A DNA stretch of 64,000 bases from Antedon mediterranea. Its lineage: Eukaryota; Animalia; Echinodermata. The position numbers and the translations under genes are program-made. Location of the stretch: NCBI RefSeq assembly GCF_964355755.1, contig NC_092671.1, forward strand, positions 14,074,001-14,138,000, given 5' to 3'. The notes under the pieces are model-generated. The model was not told where the DNA came from, searched no databases, and was given only the letters and a program-made list of their open reading frames with translations. Below, one piece after another: positions 1 through 13,298 of this stretch (its first letter is position 1; every line of letters begins with the position of its first letter).

Positions 1-3000
1 ATATGATTTTTCATTCCGTGGTAGGCAGGAGAAAGGTGATTCATCCAATAAAACTCACGTAGGAGCAAGTCTTTGTTTAAGCAATGCAGAGCGATTGTGC
101 CTTGTCTGACTGTCAATCAATAAACAACAACTCTAGACTGACACTCCGTGATGACAGTATTAGTTGCCTAGCTAATTTGATTGTTGTACCGCTGTGATTT
201 CTATTTTACTGTTTTAGCTACTTCAAACCATTTATTTTTTATTTATTTCGAGGACTGCATTATTAGCATCAAGAAGGGTTTGTTTTATTATATTATCATC
301 ACTACACTATACCTTGCAAACACTGCACTGGTGTACCCTTTTGTTATCCGAAAATTGTGGACGCAATAGATTAATGGCAATGTATTGTTTCAGTTTAATA
401 ATAGGATTGGTTTTCAAATAAACCCTTGTTTTGTGTTTTATTTTGTACCCAAGGCATATTTAAATGTTTACTTGCCAAATTAAGTTATTTATAATATAAA
501 CTTATTGTGCTTTTGCTTTGCTTATTATTTATAACTATGTTCCATATGAACAATTTTAGATATCCTTGCCCTTGTGATATATAAAATATATTTTGTGCAT
601 TTTTTTTTATTTTAAAGAAGCACTTAAAAAGTACAGCAATAGCTGCTGTATCTACTGGAGTATGCTAGCCTAAGCATGCATCGTAAAATCAGTTTGTGAT
701 TGTGTTTAATAATTTGTCTACTATACTCATTTGAACAAATCTCTACAATTTCTCCATTTCTCTTTGTTGTTATGCAGAAAACAACCTTTTTTATAAGGAA
801 TTTTCTTACTAAATAAAAATAATTGTTATGGTTTATAACTCTTTTAATACTCTCATTCCTACTATCCTGATTTCTCCAGGAGCCTTCCAAATGTTTGTAT
901 CCGATCACACAAATAATAACAAAATCTCCCAAAATGTTGGTTTCAGATAAAAAACATTTTTCAACCCCCTATTTACTGTCCGAATTTTGTTTTTTAGAAG
1001 GTAATAATCTCTGTATTTAATACATAATTACATCCGATTAGTTGCTAGAATTCAACTTAACCCATACATTAACTAAATAGTGAATGTTATCTTGGGTATG
1101 CAAATTGAATCTAGCTATAATGTTGTTGGCTAATTTTTGAAAAAATCAGGCTTACATTTTGACCTTTAATTAACGATTTCCTTTGTTTATAAAGACTGTT
1201 TTTTGCAGGCATAATATTAAATACCACATACTAGGCCTACAACCATTTAAAAGATACAAAGCTTTTACAAAATCAATGATGGTAGAAAAAACCAGTGTTA
1301 TATAGAAAACCTTATAAAGGATCTTGACATACAGTATTTGTATAAAATAATTAAGTGTCTTGATATCCTACCTAATGCTGTAGATTCATGTTAAAGATAA
1401 TAATATACTGTATGTTACATTCATACAGTACAATCAATGGAGAATTCAAATCTACAAAATTGAGGATGAAGAAAGTTAGATTTGAACATGAAAGCCCCAG
1501 TATAAATAAATTATTTACATTATTTACATTAAATGTACCTGTGGGATGTGTCTGCATTAAAAGATGCTCTTTTTTAAGTCTCCTTAAAAAAGTTACAGAG
1601 ATGAATGCAACCTATTTAACAAAAGGGTTATTTCTCTTTGCCCTTCATTTTTACATACAGTATAATAAAATTCTATATAAAGCGTTTTTTCTTCCAAATT
1701 GTAGCAGCTGTTAAGTTTTATATATTAATAATTTAAGGTTGTTCTATGAACCTATACCTACATTATTTTTTTTTTAACATATAATGTAAAGTATACATCT
1801 ATCTTTAAACATAATACTCAACATTTAATAGAAAGGTTAATTTTTCTGTGTCACAATCATTAATTATTACTGTATGTTTAAAGTTTATGTGAAATGTGCT
1901 TATTTGTGTGTTTCACCGTACAATACAATTACATTATTAGTTAAAGATGGCTGTTTTATAGTGTATCTTTTGTCAATTATTGAGATGACCAGTAATGTTT
2001 CATTGTGTCATACTTTCTTTTTTAGATTGGGTTTCCCAAATTTGATATGAAATTGTAAAAATGATAAAATGGTATATATCTCGGTATCTTTATTTTTTTT
2101 TAAATTAAGCTAAATTTATTTTTGCTTAGATCTTAAACGCACAACAGTTAAAAGCAATTTAAAGCAAAAGCTATTTAATAAAACTTTACAAAGCTTTAAA
2201 AAAGTAAACATTAATGGTACAATTATAGAATTGAAGGACACTACCTGATGGGTAATGCTAACCCCACAAACCTCCCAAAAAAAACATAGCGAACCCCGCC
2301 ATATCAAAGTAAGTGATTGCCTGATCAGATAAAAAAAAAAAACTGTTTTTCTTGTTGACTTATTGTAGAATCACATTTACATGTACATTTGAATACATGA
2401 TCTTGATATTTATAGATACATTGAGAATGTGTTGGAATGCAAAATAATTCATATTTTTTCGTGTAAGTTTTTTTGATATTGCAGAGACTATTTTATGCCT
2501 AGCCTAGACCTGGATAAACCTATTTAATAAATGCATGATTTGATTGTTGTGCTACAGTAATATTAGCTTAGAACATGTACAGTATTTTTTACTATTTAGT
2601 ACTTTAAATTAATAGTATTTTACAGAATCATAAAAACAGTTTTCAAACATTAAAGTTAACTTAATTTGTATAGATTCAAGAAATTGTAGTGGTCCACTTT
2701 AAAATGGAAATTAATTTTGCTTGGCATAATTAAGACATTAAAACAACTAGAAAAATACATCAAATGCAAAAGGCAATGTTAAAATACTATTTATACAGCA
2801 GGCTTATGTTTAAATATAGCTCTTTTGCACACTCTAGCTTATACAGTATTATATTAAGGTATTACTATTACTAGTTATAATTAGTAACTGTATATTATTT
2901 AATTATTAATATTTCAAATTATTAAATACTGTACTGTCGGAAATTTATGTTCAATTGTCTTTGCTGCCTATAGAATCATTAAATTACCTTTTAGTTGAGT

Positions 3001-4191
3001 CTTAATATATTTTTGCACATTTTATGTTATACGTTGTATCCTACAAAGGAAATTTAATTTCCTCTATTCTACTGGAACAATAAACTTGATCTTATATTTT
3101 AAAGTTATCATCAAAGTTATATTTCTTTGTTGTTTTATAGAATAACCAATGTATTTTTAATAGTTTTACATTTTTAACAGTATTTTTAACTTTTTATCTT
3201 GTATTTTTAATCTGTTATTATACTGCACGTTTTTAAATTGTTGCAATATTGTTGTTTTAATCTGCCAAGCAAAGTGAATTTCCATTTTTATGGACAAATA
3301 AAATTTCTTGAATCTTGTTCACATTGTTTTGGATTACTATTCAGTACAATACTACAGTTTTAAATAAGAATTAATGAAATTAAATTAAGATATACTGCTG
3401 TGAACTAAACCTGTATTAGGCCTACATTTTTACTTATATTTTATTTTCTTTATTATGGAATTATGAATTAATATTATTATTTTAGTAAGATTAAGAAACT
3501 CTTTTAAACTCAAGCAAGTACTTTACATTTAAACAATATCAATTTTATTTATTAAGGCATGCTTTTGACTATTCATGGATCCACAAATTAATACAAAAAC
3601 TAACAAATTTGTTGGTTTAACAAAGGATTTTGTAATATTTAACCTATACACTTTGTAAGTTTGCAATTTTCATATGTTAACTGTATGACATATACTTTAT
3701 TATTAACTAATATTAATGCCACCCGCCATCTTTAAAACATAGACATCCTATTTATATAACTTATTAAACTTGTACATTAATCATCGGCCTTGCTCTTCCT
3801 CTGAACATGAGAAACAGATAAGAAAAAATGTTGTAATCTACACATTCTAGAAGCTTTGTGAATCATAACTTAATTTGATTTTATTATAAACTATTTTAAA
3901 CAGTACTGGTATAACTGTAGTTTAATATTTCGACCATGGATATAGTTTAATGCAGTACAAATTATGAGCCCTTTATAATTTCTAATGGCAATACAATTAC
4001 TGTTAAATTGAAAGGTAATTGTAAACACTATTCACACAAGTAATATTTTGTACATTTACTGCTAACTCTTTAAACTTTACTCTGGTAATGATCAACCTGT
4101 TTTAAAATGTCTAAACTTACAATAGAATACATAACCACAGCAATAAATAAACCATAAAGCACACTCATTGTTGACTGAAGGGTGTCAAAGC

Positions 4192-4914
4192 CCATGTACA
4201 GTACTATGCCATGTACAGTACTATGCCATGTACAGTACTATGCCATGTACAGTACTATGCCATGTACAGTACTATGCCATGTACAGTACTATGCCATGTA
4301 CAGTACTATGCCATGTACAGTACTATGCCATGCACAGTACTATGCCATGCACAGTACTATGCCACGCACAGTACTATGCCACGCACAGTACTATGCCACG
4401 CACAGTACTATGCCACGCACAGTACTATGCCACGCACAGTACTATGCCACGCACAGTACTATGCCACGCACAGTACTATGCCACGCACAGTACTATGCCA
4501 CGCACAGTACTATGCCACGCACAGTACTATGCCACGCACAGTACTATGCCACGCACAGTACTATGCCACGCACAGTACTATGCCACGCACAGTACTATGC
4601 CACGCACAGTACTATGCCACGCACAGTACTATGCCACGCACAGTACTATGCCACGCACAGTACTATGCCACGCACAGTACTATGCCACGCACAGTACTAT
4701 GCCACGCACAGTACTATGCCACGCACAGTACTATGCCACGCACAGTACTATGCCACGCACAGTACTATGCCACGCACAGTACTATGCCACGCACAGTACT
4801 ATGCCACGCACAGTACTATGCCACGCACAGTACTATGCCACGCACAGTACTATGCCACGCACAGTACTATGCCACGCACAGTACTATGCCACGTACAGTA
4901 CTATGCCATGTACA
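4192..4914. repeat. 17-bp minisatellite (CAGTACTATGCCAYGYA)n, about 42 copies
   Basis: Directly visible tandem array; it explains the three overlapping repetitive ORFs at 4168-4980. Confidence 0.97.
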
Positions 4915-5405
4915 TTTCTTGATATGTGGGTTCTAGTGATACTGTACTGTACACATTACCCAAAGTGGTTCAGTTCTTAACTACATAAATGTAAACAAAA
5001 TACAGTATATAAATAGACAAAAGAAAATATATAATTAAACCTAAAATTGCCAAAATCAAATTAACACAATTAAAGTAAGCACATTTAAAGGTAAAAACAG
5101 AAATAATTGAGATTTTTACTGTATGGAATAATTTAGAAAGAGTGATCATTTATTTTAAGAGCCTAATTTAAAACAAAAACATACTTTAAAACTGTACAAT
5201 ATGCACAAATTATTCACAATATAAATATTTATCATTATCTTTACTATGTTTCTAAACAAAGTATAAATTTAGTATATTTCTGTGAATAGTTAATTATTAC
5301 ATTTTAAATGTCACTGTTTAAATAGATTTATGCTGGTCTACATGATCTGTGCAGTAGTTTCTATAAAGATCATAAAATAATTTTACTTTTTTCTTGTTTT
5401 ATTAG

Positions 5406-5474
5406 AGACAGTGAAGAGCACATTCAAATAAGTTTGAAACCCAAGAATAAACTGTAGATCAGAATATATGCCAG
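5406..5474 (+). other. Probable 5' UTR exon of the zinc-finger gene
   Basis: Pyrimidine tract plus TAG acceptor ending 5405; CAG|GTAAAT donor at 5475; next acceptor TTTTCAG ends at 5948. Confidence 0.55.
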
Positions 5475-5975
5475 GTAAATATTTAATTTTCAAATTTAAC
5501 CACTAGTAAATTGCTAACTCTAGAATTGCAATTAGAGATGACTTTAGGAACATGGGCTGCCTAGTTTAATTATAAACAGGAGGGGAACAAACAGTTATTA
5601 TTATTAGAGTAAAGTCAATATTTCTTTTATTTGAATATATACTTCATTAGGATAGATATATATTTAACTCCATAAAATCTAACCTTAAATTATCTAACAT
5701 ACATACAGTAATTATTTTATGTTCTGTAACTTTATATTGATTTTCAGTATTTTAACCTGTAGGAGTCTGTACTGTATACATTGTTGTTTTAAAGAGATGC
5801 ATAATTTAAAAATCTAAATCTTTTTCTTTTGTGATTAAAATGGTTTTGAAGTAAAATTCTACTGTGTGTAACTGGTGCTCTTCAGTGTTGGTTTAAAATA
5901 AAGAATTGAACTTTATACTAAATAATATTTTGTAACATTCATTTTCAGGCTTTTTAACCAAAGATAAAATTGAGA

Positions 5976-7655
5976 ATGGGGCGAACTAGTACAGCTACGA
6001 CTCCTGAGGGTCATATGATTCGCTTCCAGTGTCATCACTGCCCGTATTCATCACCAAATAAACACAACTTGATGCTTCATATCAACTCACATCGAGGTCA
6101 TCGACCTTACCAATGTCACTACTGCCCGTATGCAGCCTCCCAACCGTCCACAGTTCGTACTCACACACGTGTCCGTCACCGTGATAGATGCAAGTACAAA
6201 TGTATTCACTGCGAGTTTTATTGCCAAAAAGAACGTGCAATTTCTCTCCACCTGGAACGCTACCACAGCATCACAACATACTCTATCGCAATGTATCTGA
6301 ATTCAAGCTTCGTTGACGATCAATTTGCAGCGCCTTCTGACGGGATAAGCGTACTTAAAGGTAGACCAAGTATCTACGATCGACAAGCAAGGATGTCTAC
6401 TTTAATGAACTCTAATACAAGCATGAAACCAGAATATTTAAAAAGTTTAAACATGGAGAATATGCTCGCATTGCATCAAAATTTAGCTAACGCCACCACG
6501 CCACCAGCGCAGATGCAACTCATGAATAGTGAATACAATGCTATAATGGACTACACAGTTCAACAACAAAAAGAAAAGGCCAAAGTAATTAATGACAACG
6601 GAGTTAAGCATAATGTACAGGCCCAGCCAATGGACACAAGTGCCCCTCTTGACTGTTCAGTGAAATCATCGCAATCGCCCACTCATGGTAGCGAACCTGA
6701 CACTACCGATGTATCGGACGCGATGTCAAACGATATGGAGTCACATTACGAATGCGACCAATGTGACTATGCATGTGCACACGAGTCACAATTTATTAAA
6801 CATTTGATGACGATGCATAAAGATAGTGGTATCGTTGTCGTAGATCCATCACAGGAAGGTAGCGTAGAGTATTCATCTACCAACGCCGAAGCAGCACATG
6901 CTACAACTAACGACCAACCTGAAAATGGCGTTACTTCCAATCACAAAACTGTAAACGGAACTGAGGACAACTCTTCAGATACTATGACAGATTCCAATTC
7001 TAAAATGACAGCATTAAAATCTGAAAGTCATTCAGAATTTTCCAAACAGCCGTTTACCCGCGATAATGGCCGCCCTCTAGTTTATGCAAGCGCAAATAAT
7101 ATCTATGTAAATACTAGTAATGCTATATCACACGCAAACACAAACACCGTTGTATCTTATATGTACGATGCAGCATTGCCAAATAAAGCAGCGTTTATCA
7201 AAACTGAAGCGGGCATACTTCCAGAACATATCAATGGTACTCATAATCGTCAGGTGGATCTAGGAAGTGGCAGTAATCGGATACCATCCAAACGAAAAAT
7301 GTTGAATCCTGTTCAACGGCTGGATAGAAATAGAGCTAGCCCGACAGTTTACCCCATAGACAATCGGTCACCGCCACCTGTACCAACCAGTCCAACCAGC
7401 ATCCCGCATGACCAATCAACGCAAACTAATAACCACATTGCAGAAGATCTACGACAGAAGCAGGAACAGCTACAGTTTCTGTGCCCGCACTGTAAGATCA
7501 TTTTTCCGGATAACTTGTTATTCGTGATTCACCGTGGATCACATGGATTCAATGATCCATTCCAATGTAATATGTGCGGATACAAAGCGATAGACAAGTA
7601 TGAATTTACGACACATATTCATGGATGCCCTCTATCGAAACAATCCCGAGATTAG
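5976..7655 (+). CDS. Ikaros/Pegasus/Hunchback-family C2H2 zinc-finger transcription factor (559 aa from ATG 5976)
   Basis: Three N-terminal C2H2 fingers, one isolated central finger (CDQC..H..MH) and a C-terminal pair CPHCKIIFPDNLLFVIHRGSH-GFNDPFQCNMCGYKAIDKYEFTTH matching the Ikaros-family dimerisation fingers. PLDCS resembles the CtBP-binding PxDLS motif. An in-frame TAA at 5955, inside the exon, makes ATG 5976 the start. Confidence 0.9.
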   Translation: MGRTSTATTPEGHMIRFQCHHCPYSSPNKHNLMLHINSHRGHRPYQCHYCPYAASQPSTVRTHTRVRHRDRCKYKCIHCEFYCQKERAISLHLERYHSITTYSIAMYLNSSFVDDQFAAPSDGISVLKGRPSIYDRQARMSTLMNSNTSMKPEYLKSLNMENMLALHQNLANATTPPAQMQLMNSEYNAIMDYTVQQQKEKAKVINDNGVKHNVQAQPMDTSAPLDCSVKSSQSPTHGSEPDTTDVSDAMSNDMESHYECDQCDYACAHESQFIKHLMTMHKDSGIVVVDPSQEGSVEYSSTNAEAAHATTNDQPENGVTSNHKTVNGTEDNSSDTMTDSNSKMTALKSESHSEFSKQPFTRDNGRPLVYASANNIYVNTSNAISHANTNTVVSYMYDAALPNKAAFIKTEAGILPEHINGTHNRQVDLGSGSNRIPSKRKMLNPVQRLDRNRASPTVYPIDNRSPPPVPTSPTSIPHDQSTQTNNHIAEDLRQKQEQLQFLCPHCKIIFPDNLLFVIHRGSHGFNDPFQCNMCGYKAIDKYEFTTHIHGCPLSKQSRD

Positions 7656-10600
7656 GTAAGAAAGAAGTAAAATGTGTAAATCATTTAGTTTGGTGAACAA
7701 AATTATTATTGCATTCTTTCTCCTTTTTTTGGAATAATGCAAATTCTGAAGCTTTAAAAAAAATTGTTTTGTTTTGAAAAAAAAAACTTTTAATTTAGTG
7801 CATTATTTTGTGCTTTTCATACTTAATTTATGTGGTATTAACTAATAGTGGTTTATACTTCACTTGTATGTCTTCATAATTTATTGATAGTATAAGAAAA
7901 AATGAACAGGGTTCACTTGTGAGATAATGTTTTATTTATGTCATCCTTTGAGATATCAGTTATTATATAGTATTTTCACAGAAACACCTTCAAAATAATA
8001 TTTATTAAAATGAATGATAATCTGTTTGCAATTTATTGTTAATTATATTGCTTTTTAAATATCCGAACATGAATTAAGATAAACCGCAAGTTTTATTCAG
8101 CCAATACAAACATACATCATGATCACCAAATTTTATCGGATTTCCTTTAGTCTAGGATGTATTGAGAATTATTTAATTAGAAATAAATAGGACAAAGGAA
8201 TTTTGTGATATATTCCGTCTTATACAGTTAACGTGTGCTTCCTCAGATAACATTTTTTTCATAAACTCTTCAAGCAATTTAGTCAACGTCCGCTAAAAAA
8301 CAAGATTTACTTAAATATAACATAGCATAGATTATGAGATTAGAATACATGTATTCCAAACTCTAAATTATTGATATCGGTGTGTATAAGGTGACTCTCT
8401 TTGTTCTAGCTAAATGTAGAACACATGCTTAGCATTCAAACAAAGAAGGCCAATCAACATTAAGACAGTTCTTCTAGTAGACTGCGAGAGAGTCATATTT
8501 TTCTGATAGTAACACGGTATTAATCCTCACCAGAGATTTAACTCAATTCTCATGAGATTTCTGGCATTCTATATAAATCGGCTTCATATGTTGTTACATG
8601 AAACATAGCGACATTTACTCCGTACTCGTTATATGCAGTAATTTCTGATTAGTTCACGGCCTTTAATTAATTTGAATCTATCGTTTGATCATGTATCTGC
8701 GTGCCATACTCGTCCGATTCAATGTTTTACTATCAGAAAAATATACAAAGAACGTTGGAATTCATAAAGGTCTTTATATTAAATCTTTTGTTTGCATGCA
8801 TGCACTGTATAATTTGCCTTGTTTAGCCATTTGTCAAAAGAACAATACACATGTTTGCCTATGAATTGATAAAGCTCCTATGGTTAAGAAATCTGGGCTG
8901 GCGATATTTACATTTTAATTGGTTTTCACAAAAAAGTGTTGAGTGGTATTGTTTTGAGTGGAATGAAAAGCTGGTTAGCCCAAGGCTATTTTCAATGTGT
9001 TTGTTCAAACTGGGTTTTTTGCATCTGTCATGTGTATAATATACTTTTTGCATCAAATTATTGATTATTATTATTATTACCGAGACCAAGTTGTAGCAGT
9101 ACTATATTACCGTTTTTCTATTTTAATTATTTAATTATGTTACGCATTAAAGAAATGGTATTACATACGTCAGACCTTGAAATATTTACTGTAATTACTC
9201 CATATTTCAAAATTTTGATTTATTGGGATTTGCAACCTTTTTTTAAATATAAGTACAGATTTTTGCTTGATTTAATAAAATAGCTTTAACAAACAAACAT
9301 TCATTAAATTGTAATTTTTAAAGAAATGGGAGAAAATGTTCTTTTATAATTAATAGTACAGAACAATTATGTCATAAAATATATTTAAAAATAAGAATTA
9401 ATAATATTATCGTTTGGTATTTCATGGAGACTCTTTAGAGTTAACTTTTTCTGTAGTGAGTTGTATTATACTTTAGAACCAATTTATTACTCTAAATATC
9501 AATCAAAATCAAACTGTTATACACATTCTACATTCTTATATGTTATACAATGTTCTTTTTTTAAAAATGTGAAACAAATGTCTTATTTGGGTTAAATTAG
9601 ATTACATTTATCTCAACATGGTGGGGTCTATACCAGACATTACTTAAACTCATTAGATCATGTATGATAGCAACTCATTATGTAAAGGGGTTAATATATT
9701 TACATAGCTGCAGATGACATTACATGTCTACATGTCTTATTGTAAATTTAGCTGACGTCACCATCCATAGGCCATTCACCGCGGACATGCAAACAATATG
9801 AATGTCTTTTGTGACGTTCTGTTTACACAATGCAAGTATACTGGATAGATAATGAGATGATATAAATTACACTATAAATTATTGATTTCGTTGCTACAAA
9901 TTTAAATTTCACTATAATTTTTTATATATCTTCTTCTTAAAAGAAGTAAATACTTCTATTTCAACATTTGTATATAATTGGCTATTTAAATGTTGCAAAA
10001 TTTCATCCATGATATTTATAATTTGCAAGACCAGACTTGAACATTGATAAAATTGATATTATTATATGATGAAAAAGATATAGTGATTAGTTTAATGATT
10101 ATAAAATCAACTAAACTGCTATACAGGTAATTTTATACCCAGTTCTACACTGTAACTTGTTATTCTATAAAATGATCGTAGTGCTATTGTCAATAAGTAA
10201 TTATAAAGCGCTCTTACTGTAGATTTCTTTAATGGTTAAATATGGGCAGACAGTTAACATTGTATCAAAACCTTGTGGTCAGTCACTCCAGAAATACCTT
10301 ATACTAATAAAATTTAATTGTGTTTAACATATTTTTAACTTATTGCGATTTGAAAATCAAACAAATTATTTAAGAACTGGTGTGGCAATAAAAAATATAT
10401 TAGTATTTAACTCTACGGCGAGTGGTCAGTAATTATAATTTATAATAATAAATGTTTTTCATATCTTAATTTCCTTTGTGTATGAAGTGCAAATAAGAGA
10501 CAAGTTGCCCTTAAGCAATCACCTAAAATTTGTCGTCCTAATTTCAAAGAATGTTCAAGCAATATTTAGTAGTAGTAGTACTTTATTTCCGTTTATTTAA

Positions 10601-13144
10601 AGATTTCGGTTTTAAATAAAAACATAACAAATGTTATTATTTTAGTAGTATTAAGTTTATTTTGGGGGCTTTTATGTAAAAGTAATAATTTTGTTTTGCC
10701 AATAATTTTCGTCACCGAGTATTTCATTACTGCAAGACCAAAGAGTCGTTACAATTTGATTTTTTTATACCAAGTTTTTAATTTAAATTTATGTTAGTTT
10801 TAAGTAAGAAAAACATTAATGTTTTTTAGAATACCTTGCATGTTCCTGTTTTATCAATGTAAATAAAGTTTGGTTAAACAATATAATACTACAAATGTAC
10901 CTTTATGAATGCTATTTATTAATCTACATTTCATGTAAGTAATGTTTAGTTAAGAGGTCATAATTCATTCGTGAAGGTCACATAGAAACAAATTCTATCA
11001 TTTTTTTTGTAGATTATAAGGTATTTATTGTACATATAAAAACAGGTTTAGTGTTTATTAGGGTCGTTGTGTTGTACGTACTGTACTAAAAGTACAAGGC
11101 TTATTGTAGTAGTTTCTCTTTGTAAATATAAACTATACACAAACATGTACGCATTGCTTTTTGTAGACTGTTAACATTTAAGTCGCTAAAAAATGTTTAA
11201 AAAACAAAGTCAAGTCCAAAGAATCCATTTTATGTTAATATTGTTAGATTTTTGTTTGTGCTTAGTTTGTACAGTTGTTTAGACTATTGCATGCTGAATT
11301 ACAAATTGTTTATTAGAAATGTACTGTACTTAAAAAGAGTCTAATAATTGCTCTTATTTAGCATGTGGTTAGATAAATGTGACTGAAACCTATTTTGTCT
11401 AAAAAACATTTAGCATGGTCTACCAATATTTAAAACATTCTAACTTTAATATAACTGAATGTATGAAAAATTATGGTACTTTCAAATTTGGAAACGGATG
11501 TTTTCCAAAAAAACAACCAAAGATGATAGTTATGACCCATGTGTGTTGTCAACAATTTGCTAAAATCGAGCTCAATTTTGAACGGCTCAATCTTTCTGAC
11601 TACTACTACTTTTACAAACTCTGTTTTGATACTAAATTAAAATAACTAAGACACAATTACTAAAAAAAAAAAAGAAAAACAAAAAAAATAGGTTACAGAA
11701 ATTAATTTGGAATGAAGAGTTAAAAAGTAGCTATAAAGTGTTTTCTTTATAGATATGAATACTGTTATTTTGTCAAATATATTCTGTAGCACACACATAA
11801 AAATGCCAATTCTATCAACAAGAGTAGATGACTAAGTTGATCGAGTGCTATATTCTGTGTGCTAAAGTTAAGTCAAATAGATAATATCATTGGTTTAACA
11901 CCATTTGTTACAGTACATATGGTAATTGTTTGTGATAACTATGCTTTGAAGTATTTAATCTATAATTTATACCAAGTCAAGGAACATTATTTTGTAAAAG
12001 TGTCCCAGTATTATATCATTTTTATTATATTTATAATTTGTTTTGTTTAATTATTTATTGTACTAAAAGCAAGTGTGCTGTTTTATTAAAGTGGTTATCG
12101 TTCTGTGAATGAAAACAAACTTGTATTAGGTGCCAAATGTAAGGGATTAATATATATCAGTTGTGATTGTTTAACATGAGTTTAGAGTGGTGTGCTGACT
12201 GCTAAAGTGGTGTTACTATTATTGATTCTATTTATTACCTACAGTAGTTACATAAATTATCAATCAAGAGTTGACATTTGTGTAATCATGGATAGGTTGT
12301 ACACTGCTGACATGTTTTATCAATTTAATTTAATAAACAACTCAATTGTAGAATACTGCATAGAATTATAATATAATCACTGTATGTGTTGGTGAAGAAT
12401 TGAGTCAGCAGCAGTACATCCCTTTCCCTGGAAGATTTCACCCGCTATTCAATAATTACTTCCAAAGTCTGTGACCCACCCCTAATATCCTTTTATTAAA
12501 AATACTGTACTTTACTATGATCAATTACATTTTGTATGTTACTATCACATACAAGTATGGTTTTGTTGTTTTTAAGAGGCCAAAGTACAACATTTTCCTA
12601 CTGTTTTTAATAACATCAGTAAACACACACATTTATTAAGCCTCTGTTGTCAATGTCTTTGTACTTATAGCAATGTAGTATAAGACACTATACATACTGT
12701 TGTACTCTGTATACTGCTAAGTCTGTAATTTAATATGTTAAGAACATCTTATTTATTTGGTAATATAATATGTTTCTTCATTGCTAAGTATATTTCAGAC
12801 ATAATTGTAATGTTTGAACGCATCTCCTGCATACATAATCAGACCATATTTTACAGAAACATAAATGAATATGCATATTTTATATCAGAAATTCCTACTG
12901 TTTGATGTTTTTATAACAATTTTTGAAAGGTAATATTTTCTCTATAACTTTTATCAAATCAAGATTGTAAAATTTATTCCATTTTTCAAAGATAATTGTT
13001 AAAAAGTATAATAATAATTTATTTATGTGTCGCTAAAAAAAATAACATTTTAATTTCTTTATGTCAACCATGTTTAATAGACAGACTCACAAAAGACCCA
13101 TTATAAAGTAATGTTTCTATCAATCTAACTTTCCACACTATTGA

Positions 13145-13298
13145 CAAGCCTGTGGCCAGGGAAGGTTCAAACGAATCACCTGGTTGCTGAATTGCCCTTT
13201 CTAAACTAGAGACCAACAATTTTTGCTCCTTTTGTGGAAAAAATTATCTCCTCCCTGCCCCCTTTTTTTTCTATCAAACAATTCTGGCTACAGGCTTG
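13145..13298. mobile_element. Small degenerate TIR element (hAT-like ends)
   Basis: CAAGCCTGTGGCCAG ... CTGGCTACAGGCTTG inverted ends; no clear target-site duplication. Confidence 0.45.

Noticed and set aside
181-2307. Short ORFs of 61-108 aa
   Set aside because: AT-rich composition, mostly non-ATG starts and no motifs; consistent with chance ORFs.
4168-4980. Three long overlapping ORFs (241-270 aa)
   Set aside because: They are translations of a stop-free 17-bp tandem repeat, not genes.
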